DNA of 62,318 nt, filler included, from an uncultured bacterium (GTDB taxonomy: Bacteria; CAYJOG01), in the NCBI GenBank assembly GCA_964371695.1. It is 17 parts of 17 records of this genome, joined end to end, with 100 filler letters (N's around TTAATTAATTAA, not from the genome) between each part and the next. Parts side by side here need not be neighbours in the genome. Positions count along the whole stretch, not along the records: positions 1 to 3,686 come from CAYJOG010000365.1; positions 3,787 to 7,433 come from CAYJOG010000366.1; positions 7,534 to 11,214 come from CAYJOG010000367.1; 14 more parts are not named here. The stretch is one strand, 5' to 3'. Shown here in pieces: positions 1 to 9,444 of the stretch (positions within the stretch are counted from its first letter, which is position 1; every line of letters starts with the position of its first letter). The translations under genes were made by a program, and so were the position numbers. Below the pieces are notes generated by a model that saw only the letters and a list, made by a program, of their open reading frames with translations, was not told the DNA's origin and made no database searches.

Positions 1-2218
1 GAATGGAACTGCTCCACACCACGCTGGCCCCGCCCAGTGCGCCGTCTTCGGCGTCCACACCGGTGCCCACCAGATTCACCGTGGCCCCCACCGCCACGGT
101 CTGGCCTTCCAGGGGCAGCAGAATGGTGGCCACAGGCCCGGTGTTGGGGTTGTTGCTCACCACCAGTGTGCGGGTGGTGCTGGCGGTGAGGCCGCCGCTG
201 TCGGTGACGGTGAGCGTGATGGTGTGGCTGCCCGCGCTGAGGTTGGTTTTGATGAGGTTGTTGCCGGTGCCGAGCGCACCGTCCAGGCTGCTTGTCCAGC
301 TCATGGCCGAGGGGTCCAGTTGGCCCTCCTGCGGGTCGGTGGCCAAGCCGGAGAACACCACCGTGGCCCCCACGGCGACTTCCTGGTTGCTCACCGGCGT
401 CACAATCGTGGCCGTGGGCGGTGTGTTCACGGGAATCACCACGGTGAGTGTCATGGTGTCTGTGCCGGTGAGGTTGCCGCTGTCCACTGCGGTGAGGGTG
501 ATGGTGTGTTCACCCACCGCCAGATTGTTCACCGTGAGCGCCGTGCCCGTGCCCAGCGTGCCCTGACGGTTGCTGCTCCACACCAGCCGGTCCCCCGTCA
601 GCACGCCGTCTTCGGTGTCGGTGGCGGTGCCGGTGAAGGTGACGGCGCTGCCGCTGTTGGCGGTGGAGCCGTCCTGAGGCGTGGCGATGACCGGAATGGG
701 CGCGGTGTTGCTGCTCTGGCCGACGCTGATGGTGCGAGAAACGCTGCCTGAGAGACCCTGGGCGTCGGTGGCCGTGAGGGTGATGGTGTGGGTGCCCAGG
801 GTGAGGTCATTGCGGGAAAAGCTGTTGCCCGTGCCGATGACGCCGTTCAGGCTGCTGCTCCACACCAGCCGCGAGCCACTCAGAATGCCTTCTTCGGGGT
901 CGGTGGCCGCGCCGGTGAAGGCAATGCTGCTGCCCACCGCCACCTGCTGGTTGTTCAGGGGCGTGACCATGGCGGCGCTGGGGGCCTGATTCTGCGGGGC
1001 GCTCACGGTGATGGTGCGGGTGTCCTGGGCCGAAAGGCCATTTTTGTCGGTGGCTGAAAGAGTAAGCGTGTGGGTGCCCGTGGTGAGGTTGGTGACGATA
1101 AGGGGGCTGCCGGTGCCCAGCGTGCCATTCAGGCTGCTGACCCACACCAGCGAAGAACCCGACAGCAGGCCGTCTTCCACGTCCGCGCCGGTGCCCGTGA
1201 GGGTGACAGGGCTGCCCAGCGTAAAGTTCTGGCCGTTGCCCGGCGTGGTGATGGCTGCAGCGGGGGCGCTGTTGGCCGGGACCGTCACGTTCAGCACCGC
1301 GCTCACGGTGGCCGAGAGGCCGCCGCTGTCCACACCCGTCAGGGTGATGGTGTGTGCGCCGAGTTGCAGGTTGTTCACCGAAAGCGCCGCCCCCGTGCCC
1401 AGCGCGCCTTGCAGACTGCTGCTCCACGCCAGGGCCGAGCCGGAGAGCACGCCGTCTTCGGGGTCCACGCCGCTGCCCGTGAGCAGAATGCTGCTGCTCA
1501 CCGTGAGGGTCTGGTTGTTGACGGGCGTGAGGATGGACACCTGGGGCACGAGATTTGCGAGCGGTGTGAGGGTGAAGGTGGTGGTGAGGGTGGCGTCTTC
1601 ACTCAGTGTGACAAGGCGGGGACCAGGGTTGTCATAACCGGCGAGCGACACGCTGATCTGGTGCTGGCCCGCCATGATGCCCTGCATGGAATAGGGCGTT
1701 TTCAGCCCCGTGATGACGCCGTTCAGGGTCACGTCCGCCGCCAGTTGCAGGCCGCCGGGGGCCTGGGCCAGCACCACCAGTGTGCCGGACTGGCTGGGAA
1801 AGGTCTTGATTCCCGCCGCCCCGCCCACCGTGGCCACCTGGCCGTTTTTGACCGAGACGGTGGTGGTGATGGTGTCATAACCCGTTTTGTTGATGACCAC
1901 GATCTGGTCGCCCTTTGGCACGGGGCGGATGATGAAATAACCGTTCTGGTCGGTGGTGGTGGTGAGCACCGTTGAGCCGCTGATGGTGACGGTGGCGCCC
2001 GTGAGGGGTGTGTAACCCGCCGGTGGAGCGTTCACACCCAGGGCCGAGCGCCCCACTGCACCGGGGTTGCCGGCGGGCACATACACCGCGCCCTCCACCG
2101 AGCCGGTGTTGGCCGGGGGCTGGGCCAGACCGCCATTGCCGCAACCGCCGGACACCAGCGCCAGTGCGCACAGCACCAGACACGACAACAGGGAAGAAAG
2201 TTTTTTGCGCGGAGTCAC
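1..2218 (-). CDS. Large surface lipoprotein with carboxypeptidase-regulatory-like and PEGA-like domains plus at least 6 Ig/PKD-like repeats (3'-truncated at window edge)
   Basis: Missing from the ORF track because it runs off the end. GTG at 2218 gives MTPRKKLSSLLSCLVLCALALVSGG-C (lipobox). Repeats of about 94 aa with DxEDGxLxGxxLxWSSxxxGxLGTG...HTITLTxTD recur near 1460, 1180, 900, 615, 330 and 45. Confidence 0.85.
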   Translation of the reverse strand, partial: MTPRKKLSSLLSCLVLCALALVSGGCGNGGLAQPPANTGSVEGAVYVPAGNPGAVGRSALGVNAPPAGYTPLTGATVTISGSTVLTTTTDQNGYFIIRPVPKGDQIVVINKTGYDTITTTVSVKNGQVATVGGAAGIKTFPSQSGTLVVLAQAPGGLQLAADVTLNGVITGLKTPYSMQGIMAGQHQISVSLAGYDNPGPRLVTLSEDATLTTTFTLTPLANLVPQVSILTPVNNQTLTVSSSILLTGSGVDPEDGVLSGSALAWSSSLQGALGTGAALSVNNLQLGAHTITLTGVDSGGLSATVSAVLNVTVPANSAPAAAITTPGNGQNFTLGSPVTLTGTGADVEDGLLSGSSLVWVSSLNGTLGTGSPLIVTNLTTGTHTLTLSATDKNGLSAQDTRTITVSAPQNQAPSAAMVTPLNNQQVAVGSSIAFTGAATDPEEGILSGSRLVWSSSLNGVIGTGNSFSRNDLTLGTHTITLTATDAQGLSGSVSRTISVGQSSNTAPIPVIATPQDGSTANSGSAVTFTGTATDTEDGVLTGDRLVWSSNRQGTLGTGTALTVNNLAVGEHTITLTAVDSGNLTGTDTMTLTVVIPVNTPPTATIVTPVSNQEVAVGATVVFSGLATDPQEGQLDPSAMSWTSSLDGALGTGNNLIKTNLSAGSHTITLTVTDSGGLTASTTRTLVVSNNPNTGPVATILLPLEGQTVAVGATVNLVGTGVDAEDGALGGASVVWSSSI

Positions 2219-2228
2219 GGCGGGGATT

Positions 2229-3437
2229 CTACTTCACCAGCAACACCCGGTTGGTAATGAACACTTGGGCGGGCCGTGTCCAGTCCTGCACATCCACGCT
2301 GGGGGGCATCATGCTCTTGATGGTGGCGTTGCCCATGCTGGATCGGAAGCTCTTGCGGAACTTTGGGTTCAATCCCGCCCAGTTGATGGCAAAGACCAGT
2401 TCCGGCCCGGTGGGTTTGCAACTGATATGCACGGTGTCCTGATCAAAGAAATCCCCCGGTTTCTGACCTTTCTTTTTGGGGTCGGGGGCGCGGCCCGTGC
2501 CATTGAGCAGACCGCAGGGGGCGATGCTGGGAATGTCGCTGTTGCCGCCAGATCGGGCCTGACCCGTGAGGGTCTTGGCCAGAGGCGCGTATAGGGCCAG
2601 CTTGCCGGTGGAGAAAAGGCTTTCGAGTTTTTCGGGGTTTTCGGTCTCCATGAACATGGAAATGTAACTGTTGGCCTTCATGGGGTTGAGGGTGCCGCCG
2701 GTCACCTTGCCTTGCACGGTCTGGATCACATACAGCTTCTGGTCGTCGTAACCCAGACGGGTTTTGAGGATGTCGTGGCTGTCGGGAATCTTGATGGTGG
2801 GGTCGTCCACCGGGGTTTTGTCTTTGGCGGACTCAAACAGGCAGGGGTCCGTGGCGGGGTTGGGGGTGGTGATTTTGCAGGCCAGCTCTACGTAACCATT
2901 GCCGAACTGGTCTTCGCCGCTCAGGGCCACCAACACCTTCACGCCCTTGGCCTGCGGGGGGATTTTGCCCTCGAACACGTTGGGCTTCACCTTTTTCATC
3001 ATCATGGGGAAAGACCACTTTTTGCCGCCGTCGGTGCTGAGGCGCAAGAAGGCTTTGACCACCTGAAACTTGGTGGTCTTGGCCTCTTTGGTGGCGTTTT
3101 TCAGGTTGTGCATGAAAGTGGCCACCACCTTGGTGGGCTGGCCCGCCTTGGGCGCGGCGGGGCTGAAGACCACACCTTTGAGGGTGGGCGGGAAACCCGT
3201 TTTGGCCATGTCCTCCCAAATCGCTTTGGTTTTGGGGTCGGGTTTGCGCTGATCCATGGGTTTGCTGGCCGCGCCGTTTGCCGGTTTGGCGGGCTGGGCC
3301 GCCAGGGCCAGGGGCCCCACGGCCAGCACGGCGGTGGTGATTAAAACCCATCTCAAACGTATTTTGAGATGGGTTTGCGAGCCAGGACGGACTTTTGAGA
3401 TGAGTTCAAAAAATGAATGGCGAAAAGAAAAGGACAT
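2229..3437 (-). CDS. Secreted hypothetical protein (402 aa) with an in-frame palindromic insert in its signal-peptide region
   Basis: Long ORF with GGAG RBS upstream; hydrophobic ITTAVLAVGPLALA-A segment followed by a Lys/Pro-rich mature region. Confidence 0.75.
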   Translation of the reverse strand: MSFSFRHSFFELISKVRPGSQTHLKIRLRWVLITTAVLAVGPLALAAQPAKPANGAASKPMDQRKPDPKTKAIWEDMAKTGFPPTLKGVVFSPAAPKAGQPTKVVATFMHNLKNATKEAKTTKFQVVKAFLRLSTDGGKKWSFPMMMKKVKPNVFEGKIPPQAKGVKVLVALSGEDQFGNGYVELACKITTPNPATDPCLFESAKDKTPVDDPTIKIPDSHDILKTRLGYDDQKLYVIQTVQGKVTGGTLNPMKANSYISMFMETENPEKLESLFSTGKLALYAPLAKTLTGQARSGGNSDIPSIAPCGLLNGTGRAPDPKKKGQKPGDFFDQDTVHISCKPTGPELVFAINWAGLNPKFRKSFRSSMGNATIKSMMPPSVDVQDWTRPAQVFITNRVLLVK

Positions 3438-3539
3438 GGCGGCTCCCTGGTTGAAATAACGGCCTCACCCGTGTGGTGGGCTAAACGGCGGGATTATAGT
3501 GACTGGCAGTTCAGCCGGAACAGAAAGCCGGGTAAATCC

Positions 3540-3686
3540 TTACCCTTCCTCCACCCTGGTCAGTTGCACACCCATGGAAAAAGCCGTGAGCAGATGGGGC
3601 GTCTGGTCGGCGCTCAGGGCCATGCCGAAATAACTGGGGGGCTGACCGGGGGCGAACAACATGGGGGTGTCTTCCAGGTAACGCTC
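3540..3686 (-). CDS. C-terminal fragment of a hypothetical protein
   Basis: Open frame from the contig end: ERYLEDTPMLFAPGQPPSYFGMALSADQTPHLLTAFSMGVQLTRVEEG*, with host-like codon usage. Confidence 0.5.
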   Translation of the reverse strand, partial: ERYLEDTPMLFAPGQPPSYFGMALSADQTPHLLTAFSMGVQLTRVEEG

Positions 3687-3786
3687 NNNNNNNNNNNNNN
3701 NNNNNNNNNNNNNNNNNNNNNNNNNNNNNNTTAATTAATTAANNNNNNNNNNNNNNNNNNNNNNNNNNNNNNNNNNNNNNNNNNNN
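3687..3786. other. Artificial contig linker (first of 16)
   Basis: N44-TTAATTAATTAA-N44, giving stops in all six frames. Others at 7434, 11215, 14991, 18766, 22497, 26226, 29937, 33619, 37289, 40955, 44607, 48174, 51718, 55261 and 58800 (each 100 bp). Internal 10-N gaps at 36094, 38889 and 54373. Confidence 0.99.
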
Positions 3787-3827
3787 GGGCAAAGCCCCCC
3801 AATGTAAAATTAAATAAAATCGCGCCA

Positions 3828-4697
3828 GTGTTTGTGCTGGTACTGATCATGGCGGCGGGTTTGGGTTGCCAGCGGCCAGAGGGCGTCCGGCTCAAAGCTG
3901 AAAAAGCGGCCAGCACCGGCACACCCGTTGTTTCCCCATCGGCTGGCCTCGCCCCAAAACACACACCGGCCAAGGCGGCCCCGGTTGTGTCGGCCAGTTT
4001 GACGCTGATGGAAGCGGTGAAAAAAGGCGACGCCCTGGCGGTGTCGGGGGCACTGGCCGCCGGTGCGCCGGTGGACGGGGTGGACGAACACGGCGGCACG
4101 GCCCTGCTGGTGGCGGCGGGCAAGGGCCTGAGCGCGGTAATGCCCGTGCTGATTGGCGCGAGAGCCAATGTGAACCACGTGGCCGAAAAAGGCTGGACCC
4201 CCCTGCTGGTGGCGGCCCAGCAGAATCAGCCCCAGGCGGCGGCCCTGCTGCTCAAACACGGGGCGCGGGTAAACCAGGCCAATGACATGGGAGAAACCCC
4301 GCTGCACCACGCCGCGCCATTTCCCGCTTTGTCCCGGCTTTTACTGGCTGCTGGGGCAGAGATAGAGGCCCTGGACAGCCATGGTTATACGCCGCTATAT
4401 GTCGCCGCCGCCCACAAAAGCGACAAAAGTGTGGACCTGCTGCTGAAAAAAGGGGCCGACCCCCTGTTTAAAACCCCCCAGGAGCGCACCCTGCTGCACT
4501 GGGCCGCCCAGTGGGGCTGGCTGAAGCTGGCGGGGGAGTTGATCCGCAAAGGGGCGGACGTGAACGCCGTGACCCGCGACGGCCTCACCCCCCTTCAACT
4601 GGCCACATTTGCCGAAAACAGGGCCATGATGCGCCTGCTGAAGCAACACGGCGCCACCATGGTGGGAAACAGGCCCAAAGCCCCGTCCGCCCCATAA
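3828..4697 (+). CDS. Ankyrin-repeat lipoprotein (true start may lie upstream)
   Basis: About 6 ankyrin repeats (GWTPLLVAA, GETPLHHAA, GYTPLYVAA, TLLHWAA, GLTPLQLA) and lipobox AGLG-C. The frame stays open to the contig start. Confidence 0.9.
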   Translation: MFVLVLIMAAGLGCQRPEGVRLKAEKAASTGTPVVSPSAGLAPKHTPAKAAPVVSASLTLMEAVKKGDALAVSGALAAGAPVDGVDEHGGTALLVAAGKGLSAVMPVLIGARANVNHVAEKGWTPLLVAAQQNQPQAAALLLKHGARVNQANDMGETPLHHAAPFPALSRLLLAAGAEIEALDSHGYTPLYVAAAHKSDKSVDLLLKKGADPLFKTPQERTLLHWAAQWGWLKLAGELIRKGADVNAVTRDGLTPLQLATFAENRAMMRLLKQHGATMVGNRPKAPSAP

Positions 4698-4833
4698 TTC
4701 GAGACGCTTGTGACCCATTTCACAATTTGCTTGAGCAGTTGCTTATACTCTGGTAATGTTTTTCATGAAAACACAATCGGCCTGTCCAGTGTGGTCAGTA
4801 CGCTGGGCGTGAACAAAAGGATGGTTCCCTCCC

Positions 4834-5268
4834 GTGGGGTCAGACACCGCCACTCAACCTCCGAAAGACCAGTGTATGGATGAGGTCAAGCGCGATTTGA
4901 TGGACTTGGTGGGTTTGCTGAAACACGAGGTGCAAAATCCTCAAAAGAGGCAGGACGCCATTCAGTCGTTTGTACAACAACATCCGCTGGTGGAACTGGC
5001 CTATGTCACCAATCCCGAAGGCGTACAGAACACCCCCAACGCCGTGGGCAGCCGGGTAAAGGTGGTGTATGGCGGCGATGGTTTTGGTGTGGACCGCAGC
5101 GGCCGCACCTGGTTTTCCAAGGTGGCGCGGGCCGACAAACCTTTTCAGACACAACCCTATGTTTCGGTGGCGACTTTGCGCCGTTGCGTCACTTTGGCCG
5201 CACCGGTCAAAGACGACAACGGTGAATTATTGGCGGTGGTGGCGGTGGATATTCGCTGCCCCAGTTAG
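4834..5268 (+). CDS. Stand-alone soluble PDC/Cache-like sensor domain protein (alternative start ATG 4876)
   Basis: ELAYVTNPEGVQ...DRSGRTWF...PYVSVATLRRCVTLAAPV...LAVVAVDI Cache-like pattern; no transmembrane segment. Confidence 0.8.
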   Translation: MGSDTATQPPKDQCMDEVKRDLMDLVGLLKHEVQNPQKRQDAIQSFVQQHPLVELAYVTNPEGVQNTPNAVGSRVKVVYGGDGFGVDRSGRTWFSKVARADKPFQTQPYVSVATLRRCVTLAAPVKDDNGELLAVVAVDIRCPS

Positions 5269-5298
5269 CCACGCTCTTCCATTTCTTTCGTCCAACGG

Positions 5299-5327
5299 CG
5301 GACGCTCCCCTCGGCGTCCGTTTTTTT
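5299..5327 (+). terminator. Rho-independent terminator candidate between the tandem Cache genes
   Basis: CGGACGC-loop-GCGTCCG followed by T7. Confidence 0.6.
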
Positions 5328-5354
5328 ATATTTTCAATCCAAGGAGATCCCCTC

Positions 5355-5792
5355 ATGCATCTTTCTTCCAGTCCCTCCCGATCCCGGCTTGATCACCTCG
5401 TTCACGAGGTGCAGGGAAAAATAGAAAAACTGGCCTCCCTGCCCCAGGTGATTTCAGGAGACGCCCAACAGCGGTGGCAGATTTTGTCCAACTGGGTGAA
5501 GGACCTTTCGGACGTGGAACTGGCCTATATGACCGACCAGCGGGGTGTGCAGAACGTGGCCAACGCCACGGGCGCGGGCCTGCGAGTGGCCTATGACGGC
5601 GACGGGGTTGGCATTGACCGCAGCGACCGGGCCTGGTACACCATTCCGGCCCGCATGGGCAAAACCCACGTCACCCGCCGTTATGTTTCGGTGGCCACCC
5701 ACGCGTTGTGCGTCACCGTGGCCACGCCGGTGCTGGACAACAACAACATCCTGCTGGGTGTGCTGGCGGCAGACCTGAAAGTGGACGAGTAA
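5355..5792 (+). CDS. Stand-alone soluble PDC/Cache-like sensor domain protein (paralog of the upstream gene)
   Basis: AAGGAG RBS; ELAYMTDQRGVQ...DRSDRAWY...YVSVATHALCVTVATPV...LGVLAADL. Confidence 0.8.
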   Translation: MHLSSSPSRSRLDHLVHEVQGKIEKLASLPQVISGDAQQRWQILSNWVKDLSDVELAYMTDQRGVQNVANATGAGLRVAYDGDGVGIDRSDRAWYTIPARMGKTHVTRRYVSVATHALCVTVATPVLDNNNILLGVLAADLKVDE

Positions 5793-5855
5793 CACCAGCC
5801 CGCACCACCCACCATTTTCCATTCAGGCCGGTGTCCCCTGCGGCATACTGCGCCC

Positions 5856-6968
5856 ATGGGTGAAAAACACCGACAGGTGCTGCTGGTGGATTCCTCACCC
5901 ATGTTCAGCGGTGCGCAGCGCATGGCCCTGCGGGTGCTGATGGCCCTGCACAATCAGGGGCGCATCGACCTCTGCGCCTGGGCCGTGGGCGAAACCGCCG
6001 CCCGTTTGAAAACCGAAAACGTAACCGTGCGCGAAGACCCCCTGCCCTTTTTCATGCCCGGCTACGGCACAGCCAGCCAGCACTTTCGTCAGGCCCGTAG
6101 TCTGGCCCCCGCCATGGCCGAAATGGTCCAGGGCAAGGTGCTCTACGCCAACGGCATTCATTCGGGCCTGCCCCTGGCGCTGATGGGGCTGAAAAACCAG
6201 CCGGTGCGGGTGCATGTGCGGGACATTTTGCGCCCTCGCCTGCCCACGCGCCTCACCTATCTGTTGCTGCGCCGGGCGGGTTTTTCATTGGCGGGGGTGT
6301 CCGGGCCGGTGGCCGCCAACATCACCGCCCTGGGGGGCGGCCCGGCCTGCGTGCTCTACGACCCCTCTTTGCCCCTTTTGCCCGAACGGGAACAGGCCCC
6401 CACCGTCACCCGCGTGGGTTTCGTGGGCAACCTCATTCACTTCAAGGGGGCCGACCTGCTGATCAGCGCCATGGGCCTGTTGCCGGACGACCTGAAGCAG
6501 GCCACCACCCTGCACATCGTGGGGCCCGAAATGCCGGGCCACGAAGAGTATGCCCGTCGCCTGCCCGCACTGGCCCAGGAAAAAGGCGTGCGGGCCGAGT
6601 TTCTGGGGCGGCGTGAAAACGTGGCGGAACTGATGCGGGGTTTTGACCTGTTCGTGTTGCCCAGCACCTGGCCCGACCCGTTCCCCGGCGTGGTGCTGGA
6701 GGCCATCACCAGCGACACCCCCGTGGTGGCCACCGCCGTGGGAGGCGTGCCGGAAATGCTGCCCCCCGACACCGCCGATCAACCCGCCTGGCTGTGTCCC
6801 CACACCCCCCAGGCGCTTGCAGAGACCCTCACCGCCGCGCTCAGGAGCAGCGCCGCCGAGCGCCGACAGCGCCTGGACGCCGCCCGGCAGCACCTGCAAA
6901 AAAACTTCGCCGAAGAAAAAATCCTCGCCGACACCCTCCATTTTTTGACCACAGGAAAAACCCCTTGA
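5856..6968 (+). CDS. Glycosyltransferase family 4 (GT-B)
   Basis: SGAQRM N-terminal motif; FVGNLIHFKG; DLFVLPSTWPDPFPGVVLEA; VVATAVGGVPE. Confidence 0.9.
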   Translation: MGEKHRQVLLVDSSPMFSGAQRMALRVLMALHNQGRIDLCAWAVGETAARLKTENVTVREDPLPFFMPGYGTASQHFRQARSLAPAMAEMVQGKVLYANGIHSGLPLALMGLKNQPVRVHVRDILRPRLPTRLTYLLLRRAGFSLAGVSGPVAANITALGGGPACVLYDPSLPLLPEREQAPTVTRVGFVGNLIHFKGADLLISAMGLLPDDLKQATTLHIVGPEMPGHEEYARRLPALAQEKGVRAEFLGRRENVAELMRGFDLFVLPSTWPDPFPGVVLEAITSDTPVVATAVGGVPEMLPPDTADQPAWLCPHTPQALAETLTAALRSSAAERRQRLDAARQHLQKNFAEEKILADTLHFLTTGKTP

Positions 6969-7433
6969 GCACTTCCGGCAACGACGCCCTGGACGACCTG
7001 GCCCAACAACTGGCCGAGCGGGGCATGTTGCTGCGGGGCAGCGAACACACGTGGCGGCCCCATGGCGCTGCATCTGAAACACAACCCCGCTGGGTGCTGG
7101 CCGAAAACGGCGCGCCCCGTTTTTTTGTCAAACTGGCCGCCGCCGAAGAAGACGCCCCCGCGCTGAAAAAAGAGTTTCAGTCCCTGCTGCTGGTGCGCAC
7201 CCATCACCGGCAAACCAGCCTGCTGAACAACCTGCCCAACCCGGTGTATCTGGGCCACACGCGGGGCGGCTGGGCCGAGGTGCAGACGTTCGTGCCCGGC
7301 GAACCACTGGCGGGGGCGCTTTATCCGGGGGGCTTCGGACTCATGCGGCGGGTGCGGGCCGCCGCGTTTCTCAAGGTGCTGCCCCAGGTGCTGCGCCAGT
7401 TGCACACGCCCCTTCAGGCCACCGCACCGCCGG
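6965..7433 (+). CDS. Aminoglycoside-phosphotransferase-like kinase, N-terminal fragment
   Basis: TTG start overlaps the GT4 stop; RFFVKLA...LKKEFQSL...LPNPVYLG...QTFVPGEPL resembles a kinase N-lobe; truncated by contig end. Confidence 0.55.
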
Positions 7434-7533
7434 NNNNNNNNNNNNNNNNNNNNNNNNNNNNNNNNNNNNNNNNNNNNTTAATTAATTAANNNNNNNNNNN
7501 NNNNNNNNNNNNNNNNNNNNNNNNNNNNNNNNN

Positions 7534-8422
7534 GGTGTGAGCGGTCAGGCCCTGCTCAGCCACCTGGGCACAGAGGCCAGTGTGCGGGTGCTGGGGGCGC
7601 AGCCCCACCGGCAGAACCGCATCACCGATCTGGCCAAGGACATCACCGCCGGCACCTGGCTGAACCTTGGCCCCCGCGACATCGTGATGGGCGAGGAACT
7701 GGCCAAGGACGTGGGGGCCACACTGGGGGACAAGGTGCGGCTTTCCACCGGCCAGGGCCGCACGGAGGTGTTCCGCGTGGGGGGGCTTTATCAGACCGGC
7801 ATCGCGGTGATCGACCGCTCCAATGTCTACCTCACCCTCGGCGGCGCGCAGTCCATGTTCCAGACCGGCACGGCGGTCACCTCCCTGCTGGTAAAGCTGG
7901 ACGACCTGTTTCTGGCCAACGAAACCGCCACCCGCCTGGAAAACTCTTTTGGCGTGAAGGCCGAAAGCTGGATGCGCCTGGACCCGGACCTGATGGACGG
8001 CCTGCGGGCGCAGTGGATGACCAGCATCCTGATTTCCACCTTCAGCCTGCTGGCGGCGGGGTTCGCCATTTCCAGCGTGCTGGTGGTGAGTGTACTCAAG
8101 CGCAACAAGGAAATCGGCATTCTCAAAAGCATGGGGGCGAAGGGCAGCCAGATACTGCGCATCTTCACGCTGGAGGCGCTGGGCATTGCCGCTGTTGGCT
8201 CGGTGTGGGGCGTGCTGATGGGGGCGCTGCTGGTGGCCGCCACGCGACAGGCCACCATGACCACCAAGGTGCCGGGCCGCGCCCCGGAGCCTTTTTTGCC
8301 GGGAACCGTGGAGCCGGTGATGGTGGCCATCACGGTGTTGAGCGTGGTGGTGGTGACGGTAATTGGCGCCATTCTGCCTGCGCGTCAGGCAGCGCGCCTG
8401 GATCCGGTGAAGGTGATTCGGG

Positions 8423-8430
<8 letters not shown>
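7534..8430 (+). CDS. ABC transporter permease, LolC/E-FtsX family (5'-truncated)
   Basis: IVMGEELAKDVGATLGDKV, EIGILKSMGA, ILRIFTLEA, PARQAARLDPVKVIR. Confidence 0.9.
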
Positions 8431-9145
<715 letters not shown>

Positions 9146-9232
9146 TTTTTGACGTGACACCCCCCCGCCAACCAACCGGCCATTGCTGTCAGGTTCATAA
9201 AAAAAGTTGAGGAATTACCAGGATATTTAAAC

Positions 9233-9428
9233 GTAGCCCCGGCGTCTCGCCGGGAGTATCCACCGCGCCAGAGGCGCGCACCTTGTGATCTTTTTTCCAT
9301 ATTTTCTGGAAAAACGTCTGTTTTGCGCCGCCTGCGGCGGTTTTTTTCTCCCGGCAGTTCGAGCGGGGTCTTTCTGGGTGCCCATTGGGGCACCCAGCCG
9401 CGAGAAGGCGACAGCACGCCGGGGCTAC
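9233..9428. repeat. GTAG-REP-bounded element (relative of 24356-24494) with a hairpin module nested in its right arm
   Basis: Left arm GTAGCCCCGGCGTCTCGCCGGGAG; interior similar to the 24356 copy; right arm split by about 55 bp (9365-9415). Confidence 0.85.
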
Positions 9429-9444
9429 AGGTAACCTGACAGTA

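Noticed and set aside
3787..7433. Second contig (3647 bp) is shorter than expected from the descending size order
   Set aside because: Post-assembly trimming is the simplest explanation, and no internal deletion is demonstrable from the sequence.
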